This document shows, one piece after another, positions 52,701 to 64,000 of a stretch of DNA of 64,000 bases. The position numbers and the translations under genes are program-made. The first letter of the stretch is position 1; each line of letters starts with the position of its first letter. The notes under the pieces are model-generated. The model ran no database searches, had not been told where the DNA came from, and worked only from the letters and a program-made list of their open reading frames with translations. The stretch comes from Phoronis australis (Eukaryota > Animalia > Phoronida): the NCBI GenBank assembly GCA_002633005.1, contig NMRA01000085.1:62001-126000 (forward strand), written 5' to 3'.

Positions 52701-52817
52701 TCCATGTTGACTCATTTTCCATGTTGTCTTTGCAGCTTTCCCCTCCTGTAACCCCAGTCCGTGCATGAACGGCGGAAATTGTACACGACACGTCGACAGT
52801 GGGGACATGAGCTGCAG
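43741..52817 (+). CDS. Notch: Probable Notch receptor, first two coding exons (signal peptide plus first EGF repeat); 3'-partial
   Basis: Exon 43741-43807 encodes MMGWCSRILTVLWLFLLTQSLN (signal peptide, phase-1 donor GTTTGT). Exon 52736-52817 (82 nt) encodes AFPSCNPSPCMNGGNCTRHVDSGDMSC and ends phase 2 after the 4th EGF cysteine. No further exon found in >11 kb. This layout matches Notch genes, but another secreted EGF-repeat protein cannot be excluded. Confidence 0.7.
45231..45282. repeat. 27-bp tandem duplication
   Basis: TACCTAGCTGCAACATAYTGAAACA occurs twice in tandem. Confidence 0.8.
49906..49975. repeat. 18-bp minisatellite x4, each unit containing CCAAT
   Basis: Unit GCCAACCAATCACAGATA. 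It sits within a dispersed repeat that shares TGGAATGGAAACAGTGAAT with ~6846-6864. Confidence 0.85.
52049..52140. repeat. 16-bp minisatellite x~6 (ACTAGCGATGATTTTT)
   Basis: Read directly; units decay 3'-wards towards a TIR-like end CAGGGGAAACCCTG at ~52241-52254. Confidence 0.85.
52633..52728. repeat. 17-bp minisatellite x~5.5 (ATCCATGCTGACTCGTT) abutting the EGF exon acceptor
   Basis: Read directly from the sequence. Confidence 0.85.
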
Positions 52818-55082
52818 GTACGTAGGTGTTAATGAACTAATAGCACTAGTTTATAGTGCCGGTTACACTACCGTACAAAAGTTGACGAAAGATCAGCTGA
52901 CATGGAACGAGTTGTTCCAGCACAAGTATGTGTGTAAACGGGACTGAACTGGAGCAAATTGACACCGCGGTGACAACTTTTGCCTCCCGTTTGTGAGGTA
53001 GAGCAATTTGCACTAGAACATCTTGCTCCGTGTCAATTGTGTGTCTAAACGCGAAACCTAGGAGCAAGGCGGAAAAGATCATCTCCACTGCGCTTGTGTA
53101 ATGACCCAAGTTCTCTGTCTCTTCAGCTCCCGTCATTTGTAAACCTGCGCATGTGTGATCCACTCTCCAGCCTGCAATTTCCGTCTTGCCACATTTAGTG
53201 AGTTGTGTGTGTAAACGGACGGTTGACACCAATCAATTTGCTCCGTGTCAGTTGCGCCAGGCCTTAAGTTGATGTCTAAACGGAACTTTGGTGGACCGAA
53301 ATAAGTCTGGATATTGCCTGTGTTTTTGTTCTGCAAGGTTTTCCTTCCCTTTTGTTAATGCCCACATTTTTTTCAAAAAAAAAATGACTTTTGGTAGGTG
53401 TGGTACTGAACTCGGACATCATGAGGCGTTATTTTGTTGCTGCTGCAGGGCTGCTGCATGTCGTTTTAACTGGAAATGGGAAAATAAAATAACATTAACA
53501 TGTCCTGAAGTAGTGAAACGTTTCCGTAACATTTCTTCTTTGATATCTGCTCATCAGGAATGAATGTTGGAACAATGGCCAAGTGGAAATTATATGTTGA
53601 ATTGTCTACCTCAGAATTTTGATTCCATTAAGAAATGTTACCAAATTTGTTGTTTTTTATGCTTTGTTGCCCAGTGGTTAGTTCTCGTCTGTCAGACTGT
53701 TCTCTATGTATGTGACTCTTTAACCCCACTTGGAGGCGTGCTTGGCCGAGACTATGAAAAAATCGAGGTGATTGTTTGCTCGCAAGTTGTGCTAGCATCA
53801 GAGCTCTGTCCTGTTGTGAGACGTAACTTTCTGGCGAGTGATAGGTAGTGGGATCACGGACTTTGCTTGTAATGCATGACGATAGCTTCCTTAGACTTGT
53901 GTGCGATCTTGCTAAACTATTAAGAAACGATGGGGGATGCATACCTAGACAGAGTATGCTGTCTTTGGTCCAGCTTCATGCGTGACCATGCTGAGATTCT
54001 ATTAAAGCCTTGTGGAGTTCAGTAACCCTAGGACCTCGCTAAAAAGCAAGACTTCGCGATATTACATGAGATCTTGCTGTATATTTTAAATGAGAACATG
54101 ATTTTGGCTAGATTTTAGTGAGGGTCCTATCATTGGCCATAGCATTCCTGAACTCTACCCTGGTCTATCCCTACATGGCATGTTAAGCAGGTTCTTCTGC
54201 TTGACACTGGAGATAGATTCTTTTATTCTCTTCTAAGTCCTTGATGTCTTCAGTCTTCACAATAAGCTCTGTCTCTTTCTCCATTGTGACTCAGAGAGAG
54301 CCTCACAATGTGCCTGGTGGCCATCATTGTTTGCTGTTTGTGTGGACAGCTGTTAACCAAGTTAACTATTTTGTGACCACACTGTATTCAGTTGTGCATG
54401 ACAGCAACAACCAGTTTGCAAACAGTTTAACTAATTCATTGTTCTGGGACTCATTATGACTGGTACCTCAGTGTGTAGGCATGATCAAAACACTGCTTTG
54501 TTATCCAGGTTAATGGTTTTATCCATATCTGCATGTCCCTTGAGCCTGTGTTCACAGAAGTGTTCTCCCATAAGTGAAAGCATATTTAACATGTATTTCA
54601 CAGAAAACAGGCTACCTATGCCAAATTCATACCAGATTGTGACCATGCGTAAGAACCAGTTGTCTTTTAATTTTCCAAAGTAATTTGGTTTTCAGCTTAC
54701 AGAACAGCCATTTCACAGAACTAAGTGTGTTAAGAAAGAGTTCTTACTAAAATGAACGCTTCAAATTCTTGTCATCAAGTTTTGTTGAGAAATTATTTTT
54801 TCTGGTCGCGCTTTTCAGTTTAATTTCGGATTATGATATTTAAAGTGTCATTATTTTATTTTAAATATTATATTTTAAGGGTATATTCACCCCAATTTGA
54901 TGAATTTCCAATTCTTTTATCTGTAGAATTAGACGAAATCTTAAGATGCTTGTCAGTACTATAAACCAAGTGTTGACTTAATATTGAGTGCATTCGTATT
55001 TCCTCCTGACTGGATTACAAGTTATCAAGGATTAGAGCAGCAGTGATTTGCTGTTTTCTCACGATGATACAGAATGGTAATC

Positions 55083-58066
55083 ATCATCTAGGGGATCATT
55101 GAGACATTTAAAGGATTACCCATGTTTAATGTTTTCGGTCAAATTCCGTTGTGATAGCATTTCTGTATCTTGTTGAGTTTTGACTCTGTTGGGAATACTT
55201 CACTCTTAGTCAACTTTGTAACTATGATGTTAGTTTTTTGTATTGTGCTTAACATGTAAATTGCTGTAATTGTTTTTGTGTGCGTAAGGCCTTGATTGAC
55301 CACCAAGTGCTAAACTTGAATTGAAAATTGACATTTAGATGGATTTCTTCCAAAAATGCTCAACGTCATCTATCATTGTGAAGTCATTAATCCTTAAATG
55401 TATTATTGCCTGTGGCAGCAAGTTCTCATCCATTTCATTATTGTCTACTGTATACTTACCCATTAAATGATTGTCTATGCACCAAACTTCTAGTAAACTA
55501 AATAACGAGATACTGCTGATGAAACATCAGTCAAGCCTGTTATCAATAGCTGTTGCTCTCTTGATTCTATAAGATTATGGATATCCTATATGAAATATGT
55601 GAAGTTTGGTACTGTGTAGGGTCAAGTGACATCTTGGTGCTGCTGTGGTTACCATGGTGATTAAGTCCGCTCTGTGTACATTTTCTCTCAAGCTTTCTTG
55701 AAAGGGATGATGAGATTTCTAGTCACAGTGATTCTTTGTTTTTCTAAATACTGGGACACTCCAAGTTCAGAGTCCTGGCTGCTCATAAGTTGTGTTGGAT
55801 TTTACCATAATTCACGGCCAACAATATTCTGTGGTTGTAAAGAGTAGATAACACTTAGAGATTTAAAACCTTGAAACAGAATTATTCTTGGGCATGAATT
55901 TTATTCATTGAAATGTTGATCTCATTCAGCCTTGTTCCATCTTTTCTAATGCCTGTTGGACTTTGGATACTGCGGTGAAATTTCAACAAATTTCGGACAA
56001 ACAATTATTAAAATTGCCATTTTCTGATTATCAAGGGCTTCTAAGAATGTCTTGAAAGCCCATAAGTTTTCAAAACATTGTCTAGTAGTTGCTATGGTAC
56101 AGAACATGAACTCATGTAAGCATTAATTTGGCACTACTTATTATTCATGAAAAATATGAGAAAATATTTCAGTCTTCAGCCAAATTTCATGCAAATTTGG
56201 TGAGGTTTACTGTACATTTGCTGTCTTAAAATGAAGACTCACCGTCTGTATTTCAACATTCTTACCAAACCAACGGTGCAGAGGGGATAGCAATCTTCCC
56301 GGTTACCAGTTGGAAAGTAGTTTCACGCTAGAAACAGGAACCGCTGAAAATGTCGGAACATTTTGTGCCTGGTAGACTCGACTTTTTTAAGACGCAAGAT
56401 AGATCTTTTGAGATAAATGTCAAATTTCCATTTTTAAATTTTCTCAGGAGGAATCTTTAAAGTAATATGTTTACTTTTGTAACTGAAATTCATTGGTCTT
56501 ATTTCTTTGAAGAGTTAGACTTTGCATTTGATACTTTTACGAAGAGATGTTTAAGGATGATTTATCGTNATCATCTAGGGGATCATTGAGACATTTAAAG
56601 GATTACCCATGTTTAATGTTTTCGGTCAAATTCCGTTGTGATAGCATTTCTGTATCTTGTTGAGTTTTGACTCTGTTGGGAATACTTCACTCTTAGTCAA
56701 CTTTGTAACTATGATGTTAGTTTTTTGTATTGTGCTTAACATGTAAATTGCTGTAATTGTTTTTGTGTGCGTAAGGCCTTGATTGACCACCAAGTGCTAA
56801 ACTTGAATTGAAAATTGACATTTAGATGGATTTCTTCCAAAAATGCTCAACGTCATCTATCATTGTGAAGTCATTAATCCTTAAATGTATTATTGCCTGT
56901 GGCAGCAAGTTCTCATCCATTTCATTATTGTCTACTGTATACTTACCCATTAAATGATTGTCTATGCACCAAACTTCTAGTAAACTAAATAACGAGATAC
57001 TGCTGATGAAACATCAGTCAAGCCTGTTATCAATAGCTGTTGCTCTCTTGATTCTATAAGATTATGGATATCCTATATGAAATATGTGAAGTTTGGTACT
57101 GTGTAGGGTCAAGTGACATCTTGGTGCTGCTGTGGTTACCATGGTGATTAAGTCCGCTCTGTGTACATTTTCTCTCAAGCTTTCTTGAAAGGGATGATGA
57201 GATTTCTAGTCACAGTGATTCTTTGTTTTTCTAAATACTGGGGCACTCCAAGTTCAGAGTCCTGGCTGCTCATAAGTTGTGTTGGATTTTACCATAATTC
57301 ACGGCCAACAATATTCTGTGGTTGTAAAGAGTAGATAACTCTTACAGATTTAAAACCTTGAAACAGAATTATTCCTGGCCATGAATTTTATTCATTGAAA
57401 TGTTGATCTCATTCAGCCTTGTTCCATCTTTTCTAATGCCTGTTGGACTTTGGATACTGCGGTGAAATTTCAACAAAAAATTACTAAAATTGCCATTTTC
57501 TGATTATCAAGGGCTTCTAAGAATGTCTTGAAAGCCCATAAGTTTTCAAAACATTGTCTAGTAGTTGCTATGTTACAGAACATGAACTCATGTAAGCATT
57601 AATTCGGCACTACGTATTATTCATGAAAAATATGAGAAAATATTTCAGTTTTCAGCCAAATTTCATGCAAATTTCATGTAAATTTCATGCTAATTTGGTT
57701 AGGTTTACTGTACATTTGCTGTCTTAAAATGAAGACTCACCGTCTGTATTTCAACACTCTTACCTAACCGACGGCGCAGAGGAGATAGCAATCTTCCTGG
57801 TTACCAGTTGGAAAGTAGCTTCACGCTAAAAACAGGAACTGCTGAAAATGTCGGAACATTTTGTGCCTGGTAGACTCGACTTTTTTAAGACGCAAGATAG
57901 ATCTTTTGAGATAAATGTCAAATTTCCATTTTTAAATTTTCTCAGGAGGAATCTTTAAAATAATATGTTTACTTTTGTAACTGAAATTCATGGGTCTTAC
58001 TTCTTTGAAGAGTTAGTCATTGCATTTGATATTCTTACGAAGTGATGTTTAAGGATGATTTATCGT
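55083..58066. repeat. ~1.49-kb tandem duplication joined by a single N (55083-56568 vs 56570-58066); likely assembly or haplotype artefact
   Basis: The junction is exactly the N at 56569. The first ~670 nt look identical; the remainder has substitutions and indels. Confidence 0.85.
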
Positions 58067-58504
58067 CTGAAACCTTCATTTTGGTTTTTATTTTCTATGA
58101 AAATTTGGGTGCATTTAGCCAAGGCTCATATTACAAAATGGTCATATTTGGTTCACTGCCTGGGATACAAAATCTCAAGATTGCGCATAACTTACAGCTT
58201 TGGCAAACCCTCTCCTCTCCTTCCAAAAATGCTGGTTTCGCTCTTGCTGTACATGTCGCGTCCACAATTATTCCCAGTGCATTTGAAAAACTAAATTTGG
58301 TCGTTGTTGAGGAAGAATGCTCATATCTTTGCCAAGGACAATGCACTGCGGTTGACGAGTTGAGAGAAAGAAGCTGCTATATCGTAGTCAGCGATCTGAA
58401 ACTTTGTTTTTCCAACTTGAATCTATGATTGACTTTGCTGCCTGTTGTTTTGTGGGACAGCCACAGATGCAGCTGTTTGTTATCACATTATGATCCTCAC
58501 TAGT

Positions 58505-58922
58505 NNNNNNNNNNNNNNNNNNNNNNNNNNNNNNNNNNNNNNNNNNNNNNNNNNNNNNNNNNNNNNNNNNNNNNNNNNNNNNNNNNNNNNNNNNNNNNNN
58601 NNNNNNNNNNNNNNNNNNNNNNNNNNNNNNNNNNNNNNNNNNNNNNNNNNNNNNNNNNNNNNNNNNNNNNNNNNNNNNNNNNNNNNNNNNNNNNNNNNNN
58701 NNNNNNNNNNNNNNNNNNNNNNNNNNNNNNNNNNNNNNNNNNNNNNNNNNNNNNNNNNNNNNNNNNNNNNNNNNNNNNNNNNNNNNNNNNNNNNNNNNNN
58801 NNNNNNNNNNNNNNNNNNNNNNNNNNNNNNNNNNNNNNNNNNNNNNNNNNNNNNNNNNNNNNNNNNNNNNNNNNNNNNNNNNNNNNNNNNNNNNNNNNNN
58901 NNNNNNNNNNNNNNNNNNNNNN
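58505..58922. other. Assembly gap (418 N)
   Basis: Run of N. Confidence 1.
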
Positions 58923-60012
58923 AGTCGAGAGGACCTATTTTTTCGCTGTCACATCAAATGTATATATTTATTAAACACATTACTGGCTTTTTCGTTCGTT
59001 ACAAAACCTGAGGGGCTTTTTCTCCGGTTATTTGTGATGTGATATAAAATGATGCCTGTGGGAGTCCGTGACCAGCTATGTTAACATGTGATTGGTTAAC
59101 TTTGAGACGTTACAATTTACAAGAAACCTTTCATCATGGCAATCAGATTAACTCCTTGAAGTTAAAGGGTTTCAGGAAAACGTTGGGAGGCATCTCCGTA
59201 ATATTGTCTAATAAACTACGGTAGCTTGATCTCAATAATAGCATTTAACAATTAGCAAAGAGAAAATTTATGGAGCCCTGTTTTTGCAAAAGCATCTCTA
59301 GTGTTGCTGACCTGCAGTACAGGTACGAAGGCACACACATGTCATGAGTTACATATGGTTTATACAATCTGAATACAGGCTAATATCAGCTTGTTGGTAG
59401 GTCATAGAGAAAATCCACTCCAAGCTTTATCCTCTAATTAGGTCTCCTCCTTTGTTGGTTGACAGATTTCTTCAGCACTAGCTCTAATTGGGTCTTTACA
59501 ATTGTTGGGAACTTGTGAAATGAGGCCCTGGTAAGGGAAGGTAGAGAGAGGTGGTAATTGTTAGAGCCTTTGAGTGGAGCTATGTTGGGGTGGGCTGGTC
59601 TACCCGCTGTTAATCTGATGGAGACCAGGTTAGGGGTGAATAGTTGTCTTGTCCTCATCATGGGAATTAGAAAAATTGGTTGCACTGGACAAGTGGATGT
59701 ACTGATGGCTGGCTGTTGTGCTGTCAAATTATTGCCCAGCTGGACTGTTGATATTTGTTGTCATGGCAACTGTGCACTGAGTGGTGGTTCTAAAAAATCT
59801 TAGTTCAAGATAACTTCAATTTTTTCACATTTTTATTTTGAGAGAAAACATTTTTGTTGTCAAAGCACTTCAGTAATTTTGGAGTTTATTGCTTTACGTT
59901 TCTTAGTGTCTTTTAACATTTCGGAATTATGAACAATATGACCCCATATCAGTACTCAAGTACTGTCACGATTTACCTATGCTCAATTACTGGTGCAAAT
60001 TAGTACAAGAAA

Positions 60013-60090
60013 TTTATTTTTTATTTATTAATGTAATATTTACTATGAGGGTAACCCCATCAGTTCATACTGCTTTCCATGTGGGCCCTC
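60013..60090 (-). mobile_element. Probable 3' end of a non-LTR retroelement (L2/CR1-like stem-loop plus A-rich tail)
   Basis: Minus strand GAGGG-CCCACATGGAAAGCAGTATGAACTGATGGGGTTA-CCCTC, followed by AATAAATAAAAAATAAAT. Confidence 0.4.
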
Positions 60091-63000
60091 AGTGAAAACA
60101 AACAGATAGTAAGACAAAAACAGAATTACAAAACTTAAATAATAAGCAAAGAATAAGAAATTAACACGGGAAGACAAGACAATTAACTAAAATATAAATA
60201 TAAATAATTAAAAACAGACAATAAATTATTAATAAAAGTAAGACATCATATAAATATACACGCATGTATACACATTCATTCTTACACACTACATGAAGTT
60301 AAATATATTTCTTAATACCAGTTAAATGCCAATAGCAAAGGTATTGGTTTCCTTTTCTATCCTGAAGTACGGTATATTAAAAAACTTAACATCTTTGACA
60401 TCTTGTGCTATGGTATTTGTGAAGTGTCATGGTGTCACTGTGGTTATCATTTCCCCCTTTTGGTGCCCAGGTACTTGTCATTCCTGAGGATGACTGTGTT
60501 CTCCGTGCAATTAATTACTTGTACCAGTCAACAGTCATGGATTAACCCTGGCAGAATTACTTGCATGACACATCCTTGACTGAGGGAGAATTTCATCTTT
60601 GCCACTGCTGTCGTTTTTCAAAAGCATTGCGGAACAGTTATTCTCTAGTAAACGGCCAATGACTTCAGAGATAACTTGGTTTCGTGTAAGCAGTATAAAA
60701 CAAAATAATACTTGCCACTAAGCTTCCCCGAATAGAGAAGTGTAGATCCTCTGCGACATGTTTGGGGTGCAAGTACGACTATGCTGAAGTGAAATCTCTA
60801 TATTCCGATTCTTTACTCACTTTTGAGGAAAGATCCTTGTGCTTTCTAACTGAAGAATTTTTAGTTGAAGGGTCCAACCCTTCTCTTCAACGGTAATGCC
60901 TCAAGTAGTCGAAATTAATGTTTTGCAGTAGTGANGGGGGGGGGGGGGGATTTTGGGTCTGATAGGGGAGTTTTTAAATATTTTTCATTGAAACATGGTA
61001 TCGATATTCGTCCCCAAAACTGAGGCATCGAGAGGTCTGGCATACGAAACGCTAAAATATAATTCAGGTTACACATTTCTGACCCGACAGTCGTCCCACA
61101 TTGCATTTGAAAACGGAAGCAGCAACGCTAATTTCAGGGAAGATTTCCAGTTGATGAAATCCCTGAACTGAAATTACCACGATTTCCAAACCACTCTCTT
61201 AGCTCCTGGAGACTTGTTTGTTACCTCTCTTTAAGCTGGATTCTCAGGTTTGATTGCAGTTTTACTGACTGGTTCTAAAACGTTTCTTTAACACTGGCAA
61301 ATTTGAAGTTATGGTTTCTATTACTTGTAAAGAACTCTCATTTGGTCGTGTCTGTGGTAATCAGTCATTGCAGAAAGTTGACTCTTTACAGTCGGTCACT
61401 ATGTATCTGATATGCCGTTTTCTGCACCTTGTCTGCCACTTCAGAGTTTTTTGAAAGCCGGGAAATATGTTAGTTGAAAAGCAGTTACTGTGTTTAGAGG
61501 TTGCTCTTCATTTCATCTTTACCTCTGTGAGAGTTATGCGTTATAACCTGTATTCAATAGAAGTTCATGTGTATGAAGTTCTGAACTGTAATTGTGTTAG
61601 TTTTGCTTTCTTTGCTGTGTTTATGATTTAGTTCCACACTAATTCAATTTAGTTTCCCATCTGACATCACACCAGTTCTAAATTTACAGATCCTAGGATC
61701 GGATTTCATGTGCATTTCTTGTGTGTCAAGTATGCATTAAGTTCAGATTAAGAAATCTTGCCCTACTGTTTGTACAAGGACACAAAGACCAATGGACAAA
61801 GACCCTCAATTGACAAAACATTGGAAAGTTATTTGAACAAATTACCATTCTATTCACACTATTAATATCCCACTAATATCAGAGTGGACTCCTGTCCATT
61901 CTAACCTCATATAGGTGTGTAAAAACCACATTGAAAACTATACCTCAGATTATTGTTATGTTTTTGTTAAACAAGCTTGATGTTTTTGCAGTTTGTCAGA
62001 AATGTTTATTAAGAAAATACCCAGGCACCGTTGGCCTGTTTGTAATAGTTTTATTTAATCCCACCTTGCTTGAACACTGTTGGACTTGATCCATATACAT
62101 TGGATTTCTGGTTTCTGGAGTCACATATCTCAGGATAGAAAGTGATTTTCAGGACATTAAGATTGCCCCAAGCATAAATAAATGGTCTTAACTCACAAGC
62201 AGCATTACTTTTTTGATCACATAACAGTAGATGCTAAAGTTGCCATTTTTCAAGTTTTCAAAAGCTGAATACCTTGGTACATATAGTGGAAACTTTACAA
62301 GAAGTCATTTTATGACGTCTGCACTGTGCAAACCAAGGTTAATAAGAGACTTAAATTGTCCTTGTCTTCAATTTGTTGAGAAATTAGAGAACATAAAATT
62401 TCGCTAGTCCTCCATTTTGTAGGATAAACAGATGGAAAATTGTAGTGGATTATTATAATTTGCAACTTGAATTTGTTTTAGAAAAGATAAACCCTCTGCT
62501 TCTCTGGCCGCTGTGAGTCCGTTATAACCTCAGCAACACCGAGTATCAAAGATTAGACAAAATGCTGATAAATTTGCTTTTAGTTCAAACCAAGGATTTC
62601 TGATAAAGTGTCTTCCATAGGTCGAGGTTGACACAGAAACGCACCTTGGGAAATAGTTTCGGCATCATTCATGTGGTATGTGGCGGTATCCCCGTGAGAA
62701 GAACAAAAGGTGGTCCTTGCAAGTCTTAGGGTTGGTCATTTTGGATGAGAATTCCAGGAAGTGGAATTTTAATGATAACCCAAATGCCATGTTCAGATAA
62801 CCTTGAAAACCTTTCAAGGTCAGATACCCAATCTATAATTAAATATTTTGTGAGATGTTTGAGTGGCATTGATTTCAATTTCAGTCCTGTTTTCATGGTG
62901 TCAGATGGTAGCTCAACTACAGTAGTACATTGATATTTGCTGCCTTGTTATAAGCATGAAGTGTTGAGCTCAAGCATGGTCATAATTCAAGGAATGTCCG

Positions 63001-63480
63001 CAGTTCCCTAATGAGCCTTCCAGCCAGAATTATGTAGAATTTTAAGGATTTTATTCACCGTGTTCAATTGCGAAGAGATTTGTGCCATTTTGCCGATGTA
63101 ATCCCATAAAACAGTGCCGCGACTCATTAGTTTTCTGTCTCCTTAGATTCCAAAAATTACCAGTCTCCTCCCCAGTTTCAGTGTGAATGGGACAGGAATG
63201 TCGATCCATTTTGACCATGAGACATAACAGTTTTATGTCCGACATGAAATGTCATTTGTAACATGGCATCTGAGTTTATTGGTTTTTGTTCAGATGTTGA
63301 ACTTGATTGAGATTCAGGTGAAGTGGCTAGATGTCAGTTTGGTGAAATGTGCATAGTTTATGATCTGTCATTGTTCTCCACACCAACCTCTTGTTGCATC
63401 TTGATTATTCACGTGCACAGTGGTTGGAAGGGTTGTTCCTAGGCAACGGATACCGTCATGACAAACGCTAGCGTTTTTCT

Positions 63481-63540
63481 CTTTCGCTTGCACTTTCGCT
63501 TGCACTTTCGCTTGCACTTTCGCTTGCACTTTCGCTTGTA
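63481..63540. repeat. 12-bp tandem repeat x5 (CTTTCGCTTGCA)
   Basis: Read directly; it explains the QAKV repeat in ORF 63368-63550. Confidence 0.9.
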
Positions 63541-64000
63541 TCAAAAACACCAGTAATGTGAACAGTTGTAAAGGTCACTTTTACTGGCGGTTTAAGTTAT
63601 TTCATAACTGTTGATGTGATAAAAATGAAATTTTATAAAACCTTGATCGTCAATTTTGTCCTCATGTTATGGCCAAAAACTTATGTCATACAGTCTAACT
63701 CCTGAGGAATTTTGTAAATGTTTGTTCGTTTGTTGTTTGTTTGGAATGTACATAATATATTCTGAGGCTTATAGATGGAATTTGTTCACCTGAATTTGTC
63801 GTATGTGCCCCCAAAGTCAAAACAATCTTGTAGTGACAAAATCTGGTGTGCATTAAGACTTATTCCACCTTCTACTGAAATAGAAAATTGGGTGAGATTA
63901 AATGTTATGCAACCGTTAAGGCCCGGTCAATGACTTGGGTATCACCGTACCAAGAAGTTTGAGAATTTTTAGGTTTTAATACTTTGAACTTTTGACGAAG

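Noticed and set aside
52049-52728. Regularly spaced short repeats resembling a CRISPR array
   Set aside because: Units are contiguous with no unique spacers, there are no cas genes, and the context is a eukaryotic intron.
58445-59011. 188-aa ORF in the supplied track
   Set aside because: An artefact of translating through the N gap.

Overview
AT-rich (~36% GC by eye) animal genomic DNA, probably a non-vertebrate bilaterian, with spliced genes, long repeat-rich introns and assembly gaps. Four protein-coding genes were rebuilt by hand with consistent splice phases. (1) The 3' seven coding exons of a TTLL11 tubulin polyglutamylase (+, 1570-9536). (2) A ~1100-aa mostly disordered protein (+, 13710-21520) whose only recognisable motifs resemble the meiotic factor BRME1/C19orf57; this call is tentative. 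(3) A complete 6-exon, 183-aa IMP3 U3 snoRNP gene (-, 38535-23522) containing a clear U12-type GT-AG intron. (4) The first two coding exons (signal peptide plus first EGF repeat) of a probable Notch gene (+, 43741-52817); the rest lies beyond the window. Introns and intergenic DNA carry many small non-autonomous DNA transposons, including a set with 5-bp target-site duplications (TSDs), plus hairpin elements, tRNA-derived relics and minisatellites. Two ~1.4-1.5 kb tandem duplications sit across N gaps and look like uncollapsed haplotypes; one duplicates IMP3 exon 2 and ends at a TTAA with a piggyBac-like terminus. No wholly new system is proven. The best leads are the invertebrate BRME1-like gene with an unusual splice switch, the TTLL11-BRME1-Notch linkage that mirrors the human chr9/chr19 paralogon, and the minor-spliceosome intron in IMP3. 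All homology calls rest on remembered family motifs, not on database searches.
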